Positions 47,854 to 57,721 of a stretch of 64,000 nt of DNA are shown piece after piece. The notes beneath the pieces were generated by a model. That model was given only the letters and a program-made list of their open reading frames with translations. It made no database searches and was not told where the DNA came from. The position numbers were made by a program, and so were the translations under genes. Positions within the stretch are counted from its first letter, which is position 1; each line of letters starts with the position of its first letter. This DNA is from an uncultured Gammaproteobacteria bacterium (GTDB taxonomy: Bacteria; Patescibacteriota; Patescibacteriia; Magasanikbacterales; GWA2-37-8), in contig CAYHBZ010000001.1 in NCBI GenBank assembly GCA_964355175.1, positions 439,400-503,399 on the forward strand. Reading direction: 5' to 3'.

Positions 47854-50754
47854 CTATTTTTTTACTAACCAGACATTAAATATTTGTTCATCAACTAATT
47901 TACTTTCTTCAAAAATTAAAGCCGTGGCTAAAACTGACTTTTGAATTTCATCAGCACAATCTCTGAAAGCGGAAAGCACTGAAATGTCTGAAGAAAAATA
48001 CTTAACTTCCACCTCATCATTGATAGTCAACCCCTGTTCCTTGCGCATCTGATTGATAGTACGAATAATTTCACGCGCCAAACCTTCTTTTTTCAGCTGT
48101 TCGTCCACCACAGTATTGAGCCATACCTTATTTTTACCATCTTCTTTGGCCACCCATCCCCCATCTACTACCGCTTCGGCATAGCCTACTTTTTTTACAT
48201 TGAGTTCATCAGCCATCATTTCCAGAAGCTGAGCAGAAAAATGTTCATAGTTCATTCTCAGCTCGGCAAGCGGCTGGCGCACTTTTAATTTGTTTTCATT
48301 GCGCAAAGCTAGACCCATTTCTACAAATTGTCGGGCTTTGTCCATATGCTCAAGCACGGTGCTGTGATATTTTTCTTCTTTATAGTCTGGCCATATTTCC
48401 AAATGCACACTTTCCAATTTTCCACCCAATTGCAAATAGATTTTCTCCGCAATAAAAGGAGTAAATGGCGCCATCACTTTACTCAAAGTCAATAAAACCA
48501 TTTTCAAAGTAGCCGAAGCTTTGGCTTTATCTTCCGCGTCACTACCTTTGAAACGATCGCGACTGCGACGCACATACCATTGAGATAATTCAGTAATAAA
48601 TTCTACTATCGGTCGGCTGGCGCTAGCTAGATGATATTCTTCCATCCCCACAGTCACCGCTTTCACCAGTTCATTTAGCTTGGCCAAAACCCATTGATCA
48701 AGCACGTGGTCAGAAACCAAATTTTCCGTATTAGCCACCGGATACATTTGATAAAATTCCACTACATTCCAGAGAGTGTTTACCACTTTATTGTACATTT
48801 CACGCACACCGGTTTCAGAGAAATTCAATGCTTCTGATTCCATTACCGGTGAAGTGATCAGATAATAACGCATCGCATCCGCGCCGTATTTTTCGAGTAA
48901 TATATCCGGCTCTGGATAATTTTTCAGACGCTTACTCATTTTTTTACCATCTTCAGCTAGCACGATACCATTTACAATTACATTACGAAAAGCCGGCACA
49001 CTGGCTTCTTTTGGTATGGACGGTTTATCACCCAGAGTAAGGGCGGCGGCCAAAATATGCAAAGTATAAAACCAACCGCGAGTTTGATCTTGGCCTTCAG
49101 CAATAAATTCCGCTGGGAATCCAGCTTCAAATTTATTTTTATTTTCAAAAGGATAATGCATCTGACCGTAAGGCATCGAGCCGGATTCAAACCAACAATC
49201 CAAAACTTCCGGCACACGGTGATAAACCTTGCCATCTTTTTTTATTTCTATTTTATCGATAACATGTTTGTGCAGATCGCTTACTTTTACACCTGATAAT
49301 TCTTCAAGCTCCGCCACACTGCCTACACAGATAGTGTTTTCACCATCCTCGCTCTCCCATACCGGCAAAGGGTCGCCCCAATAGCGATTGCGTGATACCG
49401 CCCAATCGCGCGCGCCTTCAAGCCACAGACCAAAACGACCGTCTTTAATATGTTCTGGCACCCAATTTATCTGCTGATTATTTTTTAGTAACTGTTCTTT
49501 TATTTCCGTTACTTTTACAAACCAACTATTGGTGGCAAAACTCAAAAGCGGAGTATCACAACGCCAACAATGCGGATAACTATGTTCTACTTTCAATTTA
49601 GAAAACAAACTACCGTTGGCTGCCAGCCATTTGATAATCTCCACATCCGTAGCCGTTGGTTCGGTAGCTGGTTTCACTTCGTGGCCAGCAAAATCTTCCA
49701 CTTCTTCTATAAAGCGACCGTCCATAGTAATATGTTGAACCAATGGTACGCCTTCACGTTTAGCCACCTGATAATCTTCATCACCAAAGGCGGGAGCAAT
49801 ATGCACAACACCAGTACCTTCGGTAATAGTAACAAAATCCGCTTCTACTACCCGGAAAGAATTTGGATTGTTTTTGAAATATGAAAATAGCGGTGCATAA
49901 GTTAGGGCAACCAAATCTCCGCCTTTTAATTCTTTAATAATACTAAAATTTTTATCTTTCAAAACTGTTTCCACTCTGTCTTTGGCTAATATAAAATTTT
50001 CATTTTCTATTCTAGCCACCACATAATCCAATTCTTTATTTACAGCCAGCAAAACATTACCCGGCAAAGTCCAAGGTGTAGTGGTCCAAGCCAACACAAA
50101 CACATCACTATCTAGACCTAATTTTTCTTTAGCATTGGTTAATTTAAATTTAGCAGTCACTGTAAGATCCTTCACATCCTTATATCCCTGGGTCACTTCA
50201 AAGTTTGAAAGCGGAGTCACACAACGAGTACAGACATGCATTACTTTATGACCTTTGTAGAGCAAATCTTTTTTATATAATTCCTTGAACACCCACCACA
50301 CACTCTCCATGTATGACAAATCCATGGTTTTGTAATCATTTTCCATGTCCACCCAGCGACCCATGCGACGCACGGTCTTTTTCCACTCCTGCGCATATTT
50401 CAATACGGTAGCGCGACAGGCTTCATTAAATTTATCCACCCCAAACGCCTCAATATCTTTTTTACTATTGAGATTTAATTCTTTTTCAATAATATTTTCT
50501 ACTGGCAGACCATGACAGTCCCAACCCCATTTTCTATCTACGCGAAAACCGCGCATCGTCCAGTATCGCGGCACCGTATCTTTCATAAGCGAGGCCACGA
50601 TATGGCCATAATGTGGCAAGCCGGTAGCAAAAGGAGGGCCATCATAAAAAACATACGGCTTTTTCTCGTCACGCTGTGATATCGATTTTTCAAAAACTTT
50701 TTTATCGTCCCAATACTTGAGAATTTCTTGTTCGTTTTGTTCTGAATTATACAT
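47854..50754 (-). CDS. ileS: Isoleucine--tRNA ligase (IleRS2 type)
   Basis: DGPPFATGLPHYGH, WTTTPWTLP, KMSK, no C-terminal Zn finger. Confidence 0.97.
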   Translation of the reverse strand: MYNSEQNEQEILKYWDDKKVFEKSISQRDEKKPYVFYDGPPFATGLPHYGHIVASLMKDTVPRYWTMRGFRVDRKWGWDCHGLPVENIIEKELNLNSKKDIEAFGVDKFNEACRATVLKYAQEWKKTVRRMGRWVDMENDYKTMDLSYMESVWWVFKELYKKDLLYKGHKVMHVCTRCVTPLSNFEVTQGYKDVKDLTVTAKFKLTNAKEKLGLDSDVFVLAWTTTPWTLPGNVLLAVNKELDYVVARIENENFILAKDRVETVLKDKNFSIIKELKGGDLVALTYAPLFSYFKNNPNSFRVVEADFVTITEGTGVVHIAPAFGDEDYQVAKREGVPLVQHITMDGRFIEEVEDFAGHEVKPATEPTATDVEIIKWLAANGSLFSKLKVEHSYPHCWRCDTPLLSFATNSWFVKVTEIKEQLLKNNQQINWVPEHIKDGRFGLWLEGARDWAVSRNRYWGDPLPVWESEDGENTICVGSVAELEELSGVKVSDLHKHVIDKIEIKKDGKVYHRVPEVLDCWFESGSMPYGQMHYPFENKNKFEAGFPAEFIAEGQDQTRGWFYTLHILAAALTLGDKPSIPKEASVPAFRNVIVNGIVLAEDGKKMSKRLKNYPEPDILLEKYGADAMRYYLITSPVMESEALNFSETGVREMYNKVVNTLWNVVEFYQMYPVANTENLVSDHVLDQWVLAKLNELVKAVTVGMEEYHLASASRPIVEFITELSQWYVRRSRDRFKGSDAEDKAKASATLKMVLLTLSKVMAPFTPFIAEKIYLQLGGKLESVHLEIWPDYKEEKYHSTVLEHMDKARQFVEMGLALRNENKLKVRQPLAELRMNYEHFSAQLLEMMADELNVKKVGYAEAVVDGGWVAKEDGKNKVWLNTVVDEQLKKEGLAREIIRTINQMRKEQGLTINDEVEVKYFSSDISVLSAFRDCADEIQKSVLATALIFEESKLVDEQIFNVWLVKK

Positions 50755-50764
50755 AACAAAGATT

Positions 50765-50940
50765 TAATAAAAAAAACACGAAAAATATTCGTGCCAAGAG
50801 CCCCGACGAAGTCGAGACGGTACCATCTTGAGCTTTTACTTAATTAAGGCGATAACGGGCCTGCCCGGAAAGGTCTACTTTTCTCTAAATTAGCGAATTT
50901 CTACTTTCAGCTCCCCGCTGATGACGGGTAAAATGCTTTA
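50765..50940 (-). promoter_or_regulatory. T-box riboswitch (Ile, AUC specifier, ultrashort stem I)
   Basis: CCCG-TCATCAG-CGGG-GAGC stem I, AGAA/AGTAGA stem II, CGGG..GGCCCGTTATCGCC IIA/B, antiterminator AAGA-TGGTACC-GTCTCGAC/GTCGGGGC-TCTT, hairpin plus T-tract. Confidence 0.85.
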
Positions 50941-51038
50941 TGCCTTAACCTTAACAAAACCTAGCCTTTTTGTCAATTTTAATGTTTGCCAAGGCTAGCA
51001 AAAAAATGCTATAATTAAAGCACTAAAACCCATAAAAT

Positions 51039-51482
51039 ATGCTATACATCGGCTCGGACCACCGTGGCTATCAACTCAAAAAAAAGCTATCTACTTATAT
51101 CCAAACTCAACTTCGAAAGAAATTGGTAGATGTTGGCCCAAAAAAATACGACAAGGAAGATGATTTTACCAAATATTCTATCGCTCTTACCAAAAAGGTG
51201 GTCGCTAATAAATCCAACAAAGGAATTTTGCTCTGCGGCACCGCGCACGGTGTCTGCATGGTTGCTAACAAAATAAAAGGCGGGCGGGCGGTCGTAGGCT
51301 ACAGTATTGAAGGCGCTGAATTCGGACGCAAACATGAAGACGCGAATATTCTATGTTTGGCAGCTGACTATTTATCCTTTGAACATGCCAAAGCAATAGT
51401 AAAAAAATTCTTAGGAACTGATTTTGAAGCGCTCGACAGAAGAGTCCGCCGTATGGAAGTGATTTCCGATTTAGAAAAATAA
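51039..51482 (+). CDS. rpiB: Ribose-5-phosphate isomerase B
   Basis: GSDHRG, GILLCGT..G, ANKIKG, HEDANILCL. Confidence 0.9.
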   Translation: MLYIGSDHRGYQLKKKLSTYIQTQLRKKLVDVGPKKYDKEDDFTKYSIALTKKVVANKSNKGILLCGTAHGVCMVANKIKGGRAVVGYSIEGAEFGRKHEDANILCLAADYLSFEHAKAIVKKFLGTDFEALDRRVRRMEVISDLEK

Positions 51483-51488
51483 AATAAT

Positions 51489-52127
51489 ATGATCATTCCC
51501 GCCATCTTGGTCAAAACTTTTGCCGAGTTTGAAGAACAGGCCAAAAAACTGTCCTTTTCTCCGATTATTCAGATTGATGTCATGGATGGAAAATTCGTTG
51601 CCAATAAATCTTTTGAAGATGCTGAAAAAATAAACGGCCTTAATCTCAAAAATGAATGGGAGCTACACCTAATGGTAGAACATCCTATCGCCGAATTGGA
51701 AAAATGGAAAAATGTAAAAAATATTTTACGCGTGATCTTTCATCTGGAATGCGCGGACAACACCGAACAAACAATTGAAACTATTAAAAAATACGGTTTT
51801 GAGGCGGGTATCGCCATCAATCCCGAAACCGACGTACAAAAAATTCATCCTTTTTTAAAAGATATTGAAATCGTGCTTTTCATGACTGTCCATCCTGGCA
51901 TGCAAGGGGCGCCGTTTGTGCCAACTGTAGAAAAACATGTTAAAAAATTAAATAAAATTTTGGCGGAAAGAAATTTCAGACCACAAATCGCGGTGGACGG
52001 GGCAATAAAACTAGAGAATATTGAAAGAGTGAAAAAATGGGGCGTAAATAATTTTTGCGTCGGTAGCGCTATCATCGGCTCGCCAGATCCGAAAGAAGCA
52101 TTTAATCAGTTAAACAACTTAATCTAG
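51489..52127 (+). CDS. rpe: Ribulose-phosphate 3-epimerase
   Basis: IDVMDGKFV, ELHLMV, AINPET, MTVHPG..G, VDG. Confidence 0.92.
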   Translation: MIIPAILVKTFAEFEEQAKKLSFSPIIQIDVMDGKFVANKSFEDAEKINGLNLKNEWELHLMVEHPIAELEKWKNVKNILRVIFHLECADNTEQTIETIKKYGFEAGIAINPETDVQKIHPFLKDIEIVLFMTVHPGMQGAPFVPTVEKHVKKLNKILAERNFRPQIAVDGAIKLENIERVKKWGVNNFCVGSAIIGSPDPKEAFNQLNNLI

Positions 52128-52129
52128 GT

Positions 52130-53068
52130 ATGTTCGATCTAATCATCATCGGGGGATCAGCGGCGGGAAGCAGTGCGGCCATCTATGCCGCCAGACGTAA
52201 TCTAAAATTTAAAATTGTTACCGTGGATGTCGGCGGTGAAGTAGCGTTATCAGGCGTGGTAAATAATTGGCCTGGTATTATTGAAATTCAAGGATATGAA
52301 TTGGCCAAAAAATTTAACGAGCATGTAAAATCCTACGGTGTGGAAATTGATATGGGATATAAAGTAGAAAAAATTACCTCCGAAAAAAATTATCATACCG
52401 TGGTGGCCAAAGACGGCTCCGGCATGGAAAAAGAATACCAGACCAAGACCATAATTATTGCCACCGGCATTCATCCGCGCCAATTGGGAGTACCGGGAGA
52501 AAAAGAATTCTCTCAAAAAGGCGTCACCTACTGCACGGTCTGCGACGGGCCATTGTTTAAAAATAAAATTACCACTACGGTCGGATCCGGCAACTCCGCC
52601 TTGGAGTCCGCTATTATGATGGCCGGCATTGCCAAAAAAGTTTACTTACTTAGCAAATTTTCCAACACTCAAGAAAATAATTTTGGTTTTCCTAAAGGGG
52701 AAAATATATTAATTGATAAACTTAAAACTTTCCCTAATGTAGAAATAATTTATAATGCGGCGACCACTGAAATTTTGGGTGAAAAATCCGTGACTGGCCT
52801 AAAATATATCACTGAGGGCGTAGAAAAAACTACCGAAACTCAAGGCATAATGATACACATCGGCCAAATTCCAAATTCTCAATTTATCGACAGTGTGAAA
52901 AAAAATAAAGTGAATGAAATTATGGTAGATTCCAAATGCCAAACCAACATACCGGGTATTTTCGCCGCCGGCGATGTCACAGATGTTGCTTACAAACAAA
53001 TTGGTATATCTGCCGGACAGGGTATTACCGCTGCTTTGGCGGCCATTGAATATATTAACAGAAATTAA
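52130..53068 (+). CDS. trxB: Thioredoxin reductase-like FAD oxidoreductase
   Basis: IIIGG..AG, IATG, CTVCDG, FAAGDVT. Confidence 0.88.
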   Translation: MFDLIIIGGSAAGSSAAIYAARRNLKFKIVTVDVGGEVALSGVVNNWPGIIEIQGYELAKKFNEHVKSYGVEIDMGYKVEKITSEKNYHTVVAKDGSGMEKEYQTKTIIIATGIHPRQLGVPGEKEFSQKGVTYCTVCDGPLFKNKITTTVGSGNSALESAIMMAGIAKKVYLLSKFSNTQENNFGFPKGENILIDKLKTFPNVEIIYNAATTEILGEKSVTGLKYITEGVEKTTETQGIMIHIGQIPNSQFIDSVKKNKVNEIMVDSKCQTNIPGIFAAGDVTDVAYKQIGISAGQGITAALAAIEYINRN

Positions 53069-53076
53069 TAAAAAAT

Positions 53077-53688
53077 ATGAACCCAGACAAAAGAGGTGAA
53101 ATGCCTAGCGGTAAACAAAACTGTGAAAATCTAAAATTAGCCTTAAAGGGCGAGGAAATGGATTCTGACCATATCAATCATATCAAAGTAAATTTGGATT
53201 TACTAAATAAAGAAATTACTAGAGTAAAAGGTGATATTGCTAAGTTGGGTATCAGCCTGGATGATTTAAAATATATTGACCGAAAACTCACGACTAAAGC
53301 TACAAATTTGGGGGCTGATTTCCCAGCTGAACAGGTGGGAGCTTTTCAGGAAATCCTCAAACAGGCTGAGCAAGCGCCGGCTCCGGAAAAACTAGCCGAA
53401 GTAATCGATTTGGATGCGGTCAGGACAAGAAAAGAATTACAGAAAAAAGAAGCCACAAGTAAAGAACAAAGTTTGGTGAAATTAGTGGCAATCAAATTAA
53501 AAAATGATCTGGATTTTAATACCATGGATGCTAAATTTATCGAAACAAAAAAACAGGAACGCGGCTATCCACAAAATATATCTGAAAAACCATTAAACAC
53601 CGACGAATCCAATCGTTTATTTGACGAAGTAGAAGCGAAATTAAGAAAGTTTAAAGCGGAACAAAAACAGACAGGACAGGCCGCATAA
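53077..53688 (+). CDS. Hypothetical helical protein
   Basis: Operonic ORF with native composition. Confidence 0.7.
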   Translation: MNPDKRGEMPSGKQNCENLKLALKGEEMDSDHINHIKVNLDLLNKEITRVKGDIAKLGISLDDLKYIDRKLTTKATNLGADFPAEQVGAFQEILKQAEQAPAPEKLAEVIDLDAVRTRKELQKKEATSKEQSLVKLVAIKLKNDLDFNTMDAKFIETKKQERGYPQNISEKPLNTDESNRLFDEVEAKLRKFKAEQKQTGQAA

Positions 53689-53723
53689 ATTTATCAACTT
53701 AATATTTTTTATTAATTAATTAT

Positions 53724-54035
53724 ATGAACTTTCTTTTCAAAATGTTCCCTGGCCTGCCTATGGACCCCACGGTAATTGTGATGAACATTATCGCTATGGC
53801 CGGTGCCACTTTGCATATTTATGGAGTTTTTTTGGAAACAGAAAAGCGTCGCGACTTGGTATTTATTTTAGGCGGTGTTTGTCTATTTATTTACGCGCTC
53901 TGGATTAACAATAAAATTTTTATGCTGGCCATGGCTGGTTTTACCATCGGTAGCTTAATTGAATTTATTGAAATTATGGCTGGCTACCACAAACATAGCC
54001 AATCTCAAGTAGAAGATTACGAAAAAAATAAATAA
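53724..54035 (+). CDS. Small membrane protein
   Basis: Three hydrophobic segments. Confidence 0.75.
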   Translation: MNFLFKMFPGLPMDPTVIVMNIIAMAGATLHIYGVFLETEKRRDLVFILGGVCLFIYALWINNKIFMLAMAGFTIGSLIEFIEIMAGYHKHSQSQVEDYEKNK

Positions 54036-54036
54036 T

Positions 54037-55014
54037 ATGAATCACATTGTCGCTATTGGTGATTTGGTTATAGATACTCATGTCAAAATTGATGATGCCT
54101 CGATAGAGTGTAATTTAGATGGTCATAATTGTAAACTTTGTCTGGACTACGCCGCCAAAGTACCAGTCACAGACAGCTTTCAAACTGTCGGTGGCAACGC
54201 CGCCAATCTAGCACTTGGTACCAACAAACTTGGTATCAACACCGCCATCATCAGCACTATCGGCGATGATTCCAACGGAAAAATCATCAATGCCGAATTG
54301 AAAAAAAATAAAATAAATACTGCGGCAATTATTAAAGATAAAAAAGAAAAAACTCGCTATTCAATTGTTTTGAATTTCAAAGGCGAACGCACCATTTTAT
54401 CTTATCACAACAAAAAGAAATACCACTGGCCAAAAAAGATGCCAAAATCTGACTGGATATACTACACCAGTATGAGCGATGGATTTGCTCCCCTGCAAAA
54501 AAATCTAATCAAATTTTTAAAACAAAATAAAAATATAAAATTGGCTTTTAATCCCGGCAGTTTCCAATTGAATCACAGCCTCAATCTATGCAAAGAAATA
54601 CTGCCTTTGACAGATTTATTAATTGTAAATTTGGAAGAGGCAAAAATAATTAGTGGGGTGAACCTGAACCAGTCTGCCAAGACTTTGGTTGGAGCGCTAC
54701 TAGGAATGGGTGTGAAAGAAGTAGTAATCACCGACGGTGCTCGCGGCGCCTTTGCCGGCAATGCCGACGGTATCTGGGAAATGACCCCCTACAATGTACC
54801 AATAGTATCCAAAACCGGTGCTGGAGATTCCTTCTCCGCCGGATTTATCTCTGCCAAAATATTTGGCCATGACCTACCCACCTGCTTAATCTGGGGCACA
54901 GCCAACAGCTGCTCAGTCCTAGGCCACTTCGGCGTAGAGCAAGGACAGCTAAACCAAAAAGGAATTAAAAAAATGATAGAAAAATATAAAGCAGTTCAAC
55001 CCGTCAGATTATAA
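54037..55014 (+). CDS. PfkB-family carbohydrate kinase
   Basis: GGNAAN, FNPG, N.EEA, ITDG..G, TGAGDSFSAG. Confidence 0.92.
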   Translation: MNHIVAIGDLVIDTHVKIDDASIECNLDGHNCKLCLDYAAKVPVTDSFQTVGGNAANLALGTNKLGINTAIISTIGDDSNGKIINAELKKNKINTAAIIKDKKEKTRYSIVLNFKGERTILSYHNKKKYHWPKKMPKSDWIYYTSMSDGFAPLQKNLIKFLKQNKNIKLAFNPGSFQLNHSLNLCKEILPLTDLLIVNLEEAKIISGVNLNQSAKTLVGALLGMGVKEVVITDGARGAFAGNADGIWEMTPYNVPIVSKTGAGDSFSAGFISAKIFGHDLPTCLIWGTANSCSVLGHFGVEQGQLNQKGIKKMIEKYKAVQPVRL

Positions 55015-55073
55015 ATTTAAATAAAATAAAAAAATTTACCGCTATCAGGTAAATTTTTTTGTTTTATTTAAAT

Positions 55074-55667
55074 TTATAATCCCGCTGTCTTAATCTTCAC
55101 CCATTTATTAATACTCAAATGCCAATCCGCCGCATCACAGGTCTGCAATAAATCCCATAGTTCTTTTGCGGAATTAGTATAGAGTTTTTCCTCACGAATC
55201 ATCTGTCTAAATTTAGCCCATTTTTTTGGCAACTGCGATCCCCTTTCTTCAAATTCTTTTAATTCTAAATCTACATCCAAATTATCTGCGTCTTTGACAA
55301 TCTTGGCTTCAATAGAATCACGATCTTCATAATTACAAAAAGTTTTATAAAAATCGTCGACTACAGTTCCTTCAAATATTTCTTTACACGCCACCTCTTC
55401 ATCGCCTTGGGCATACACCTTTTGGACATAGCTCAAATCGGACACCCTAGTTTCTGGTAGATCATGAACCAACGCCATCTTCATCACCTTTTCTTCATCC
55501 TTTACACCCTCGGCCCTGGCCAAAATAAGGGAAATCCAAATCACGCGATACGAATGTTCTAGCACCGTAAAACAATCCATGCCCAAATGTTGTCTCCAGC
55601 CGCGCTGGATATTGTGCATCGATCCCATTTCAAACAATAATTCCACATCTTTTTTGGAAATAGCCAT
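55074..55667 (-). CDS. HD-domain phosphohydrolase (YfbR/HDDC2-like)
   Basis: RGW, EHSYRV, HDLPE, KDADNLD. Confidence 0.9.
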   Translation of the reverse strand: MAISKKDVELLFEMGSMHNIQRGWRQHLGMDCFTVLEHSYRVIWISLILARAEGVKDEEKVMKMALVHDLPETRVSDLSYVQKVYAQGDEEVACKEIFEGTVVDDFYKTFCNYEDRDSIEAKIVKDADNLDVDLELKEFEERGSQLPKKWAKFRQMIREEKLYTNSAKELWDLLQTCDAADWHLSINKWVKIKTAGL

Positions 55668-55668
55668 A

Positions 55669-56391
55669 TTATTCTTCGGTATAAAAATCAATTTCAATAG
55701 TCTCGTGAATTCCGCGCAAGCGATTTAACTCCTGTTTGCGCCCCACAAAAAATTCATGGGCCTGCACCACTTCCTCATGCTCAAACTCCGGAGCCAACAA
55801 GCATAAACCGTGTTCAAACGACTTTACTCTTTGAGCAATTTCATTGGCCAACATTGGATGATCCCCTTCGTTTCTGGCCAAATCACGCAATTTCTCCAAC
55901 CCGTCTTTAATTTTTAATAAAATCTTTTTAAATTCCTCAACTTTTTTTAAATAATTTTCTTTTCTTAGTCCCACTACTTCGCGCGTGGTAAAATCTTTTA
56001 CCGCTCTATGTGTGGCTACCAATGCTTCGGCCACGCTGACACGATCCTCGTCATTGAAATAATGAGCCGTACGACCGGTATGGATATCTTCCCAAGTCAT
56101 ACCTAGCTGACGATATTCATAATATTTTTTTTGCAAGTAAACATTTAAATGACCGGAAAAAAAATCATCACCCATCTTTTCTTCGGTTACACTCATAAAT
56201 TCACGAAAGGCTTGATTCCATGGCCAGATTTCATAACCAATTTGGATCATTTTTTCTTCCAACTTTTCCAAACTTATCGGCTCACTTTGAATATTCTTCA
56301 ATTCTTTTCTTATACGATACGACAAGTCATCCGACAAAAGCGGAGGCAAATTATCTACCAGCTGAGCAAAGAGTTGAATAGTGGATTCCAT
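55669..56391 (-). CDS. Hypothetical protein
   Basis: Tightly coupled 240 aa helical ORF. Confidence 0.75.
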   Translation of the reverse strand: MESTIQLFAQLVDNLPPLLSDDLSYRIRKELKNIQSEPISLEKLEEKMIQIGYEIWPWNQAFREFMSVTEEKMGDDFFSGHLNVYLQKKYYEYRQLGMTWEDIHTGRTAHYFNDEDRVSVAEALVATHRAVKDFTTREVVGLRKENYLKKVEEFKKILLKIKDGLEKLRDLARNEGDHPMLANEIAQRVKSFEHGLCLLAPEFEHEEVVQAHEFFVGRKQELNRLRGIHETIEIDFYTEE

Positions 56392-56393
56392 AT

Positions 56394-56861
56394 TTAAAAT
56401 TTTGAAGAAATATAATACATCGTGATGCCGGCTGCCACACTGACATTGAGGCTTTTCTTTTTACCTTTCATATTCAGTTCAATCTCAGTATCGCAATATT
56501 TAAGCAAGCTTTTGGAAACTCCATCCACTTCATTTCCCACTACCAGGGCCAAAGGAAATTCCGGTTTCCATTGATATATATTAACACTTTTTGGCGTCTG
56601 CTCCAAGGCGACAATTTTATAGCCATTTTCCTTTAGTTTTTTAAGCAGGCGTCCGGTCTGTTTGGCATATTCCCAGGGTACCCATTTTTCCGCTCCCAAA
56701 GACACTTTATCCAGGCGTGGATGCGGCGGACAAGGCGTGTAACCAGTAAGATAAATTTTATCTACCCCAGCCCCATCAGCGGTACGAAACATCGCGCCGA
56801 CATTGTGGGCGCTACGAATATTGGGCAATATTAAAACAAATTTTTCTTTATTTTCCAACAT
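56394..56861 (-). CDS. TrmH/SpoU-family RNA methyltransferase
   Basis: NIRSAHNVGAMFRT, VGNEVDG, SLNVSVAAGI. Confidence 0.93.
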   Translation of the reverse strand: MLENKEKFVLILPNIRSAHNVGAMFRTADGAGVDKIYLTGYTPCPPHPRLDKVSLGAEKWVPWEYAKQTGRLLKKLKENGYKIVALEQTPKSVNIYQWKPEFPLALVVGNEVDGVSKSLLKYCDTEIELNMKGKKKSLNVSVAAGITMYYISSKF

Positions 56862-57573
56862 AAGTTATTTCATCTTCACTAAGACGGCGCAAACCAGCGT
56901 CATTTATTGTTTCTTCATAAATATGAGCTACTAATCCTGGCACGCGACCGGCAATGAATACACCTTTCATAATTTTTGGATCAAAACCCATATCAGCCAA
57001 AATAGCTCCCATTGCGCCATCAATATTTAATGGTAATGGTTTACTAGAAATTTTATTTAATTCTTTTTCTACCACTTCAGCCACTTTACAGCACTCTTTA
57101 TAAAATCCTAATTTTTTAGCCATTTTTAAAAGTTCGGTACTGCGCTCATCTTTGACCAAAACCGCATGACCAAAACCAGCCAAACGCACTTTTTTATCTT
57201 TTAATTCTTTTATTGTCTGTGCCAAATTTTTATTATCTTTATTTTCCACAAAAAATTTTGCTGCTGATTCAATAGCACTACCGTGACGCTCTCCCATTGC
57301 CAATATACCGGCCGCTAGCGAGGTGTGCAGACTATTTTTGGCGGAAGATACGATTCGAGCCGTCATTGCCGAGGCTGTGCCCGTGCCGTGGTCTATAGCC
57401 GATACCAACAAAGCATCCAACATTTTTATTTCTGCCGGTTTTGGCATTCTGCCCTGCCAAATTAAAAATATAGTTTCGGTAAAAGTATTGGCTTTAATTA
57501 AACCAGCTAATTTTTTACCTCGAATAATTTCTTGTCCATCATTTATATTTGTAATTGCGGTTTCCCATTTCAT
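56848..57573 (-). CDS. Citryl-CoA lyase (citrate synthase-like domain)
   Basis: W.TAIT, DHG, GERHGSAIE, GFGH, NIDG, R.PGLVAH. Confidence 0.88.
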   Translation of the reverse strand: MKWETAITNINDGQEIIRGKKLAGLIKANTFTETIFLIWQGRMPKPAEIKMLDALLVSAIDHGTGTASAMTARIVSSAKNSLHTSLAAGILAMGERHGSAIESAAKFFVENKDNKNLAQTIKELKDKKVRLAGFGHAVLVKDERSTELLKMAKKLGFYKECCKVAEVVEKELNKISSKPLPLNIDGAMGAILADMGFDPKIMKGVFIAGRVPGLVAHIYEETINDAGLRRLSEDEITYVGK

Positions 57574-57595
57574 ATTTTTTATATTAAGTATTAAA

Positions 57596-57716
57596 GCCGA
57601 TTAGATATTAATTTTCGCCGCGAGAACTGTTTGAAGTAGCGAGAAACAATCTAACCATTTGCAGGAAGATCGATTCGCTACAAGTTTTCGAGCAAGAAAA
57701 TTCATATCTATGAGGC
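57596..57716. repeat. ~120 bp imperfect inverted-repeat element inside the ACL operon
   Basis: TAGATATTAATTTTC/GAAAATTCATATCTA, GAGAACT/AGTTTTC, GTAGCGA/TCGCTAC nested arms. Confidence 0.6.
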
Positions 57717-57721
57717 GTCCG

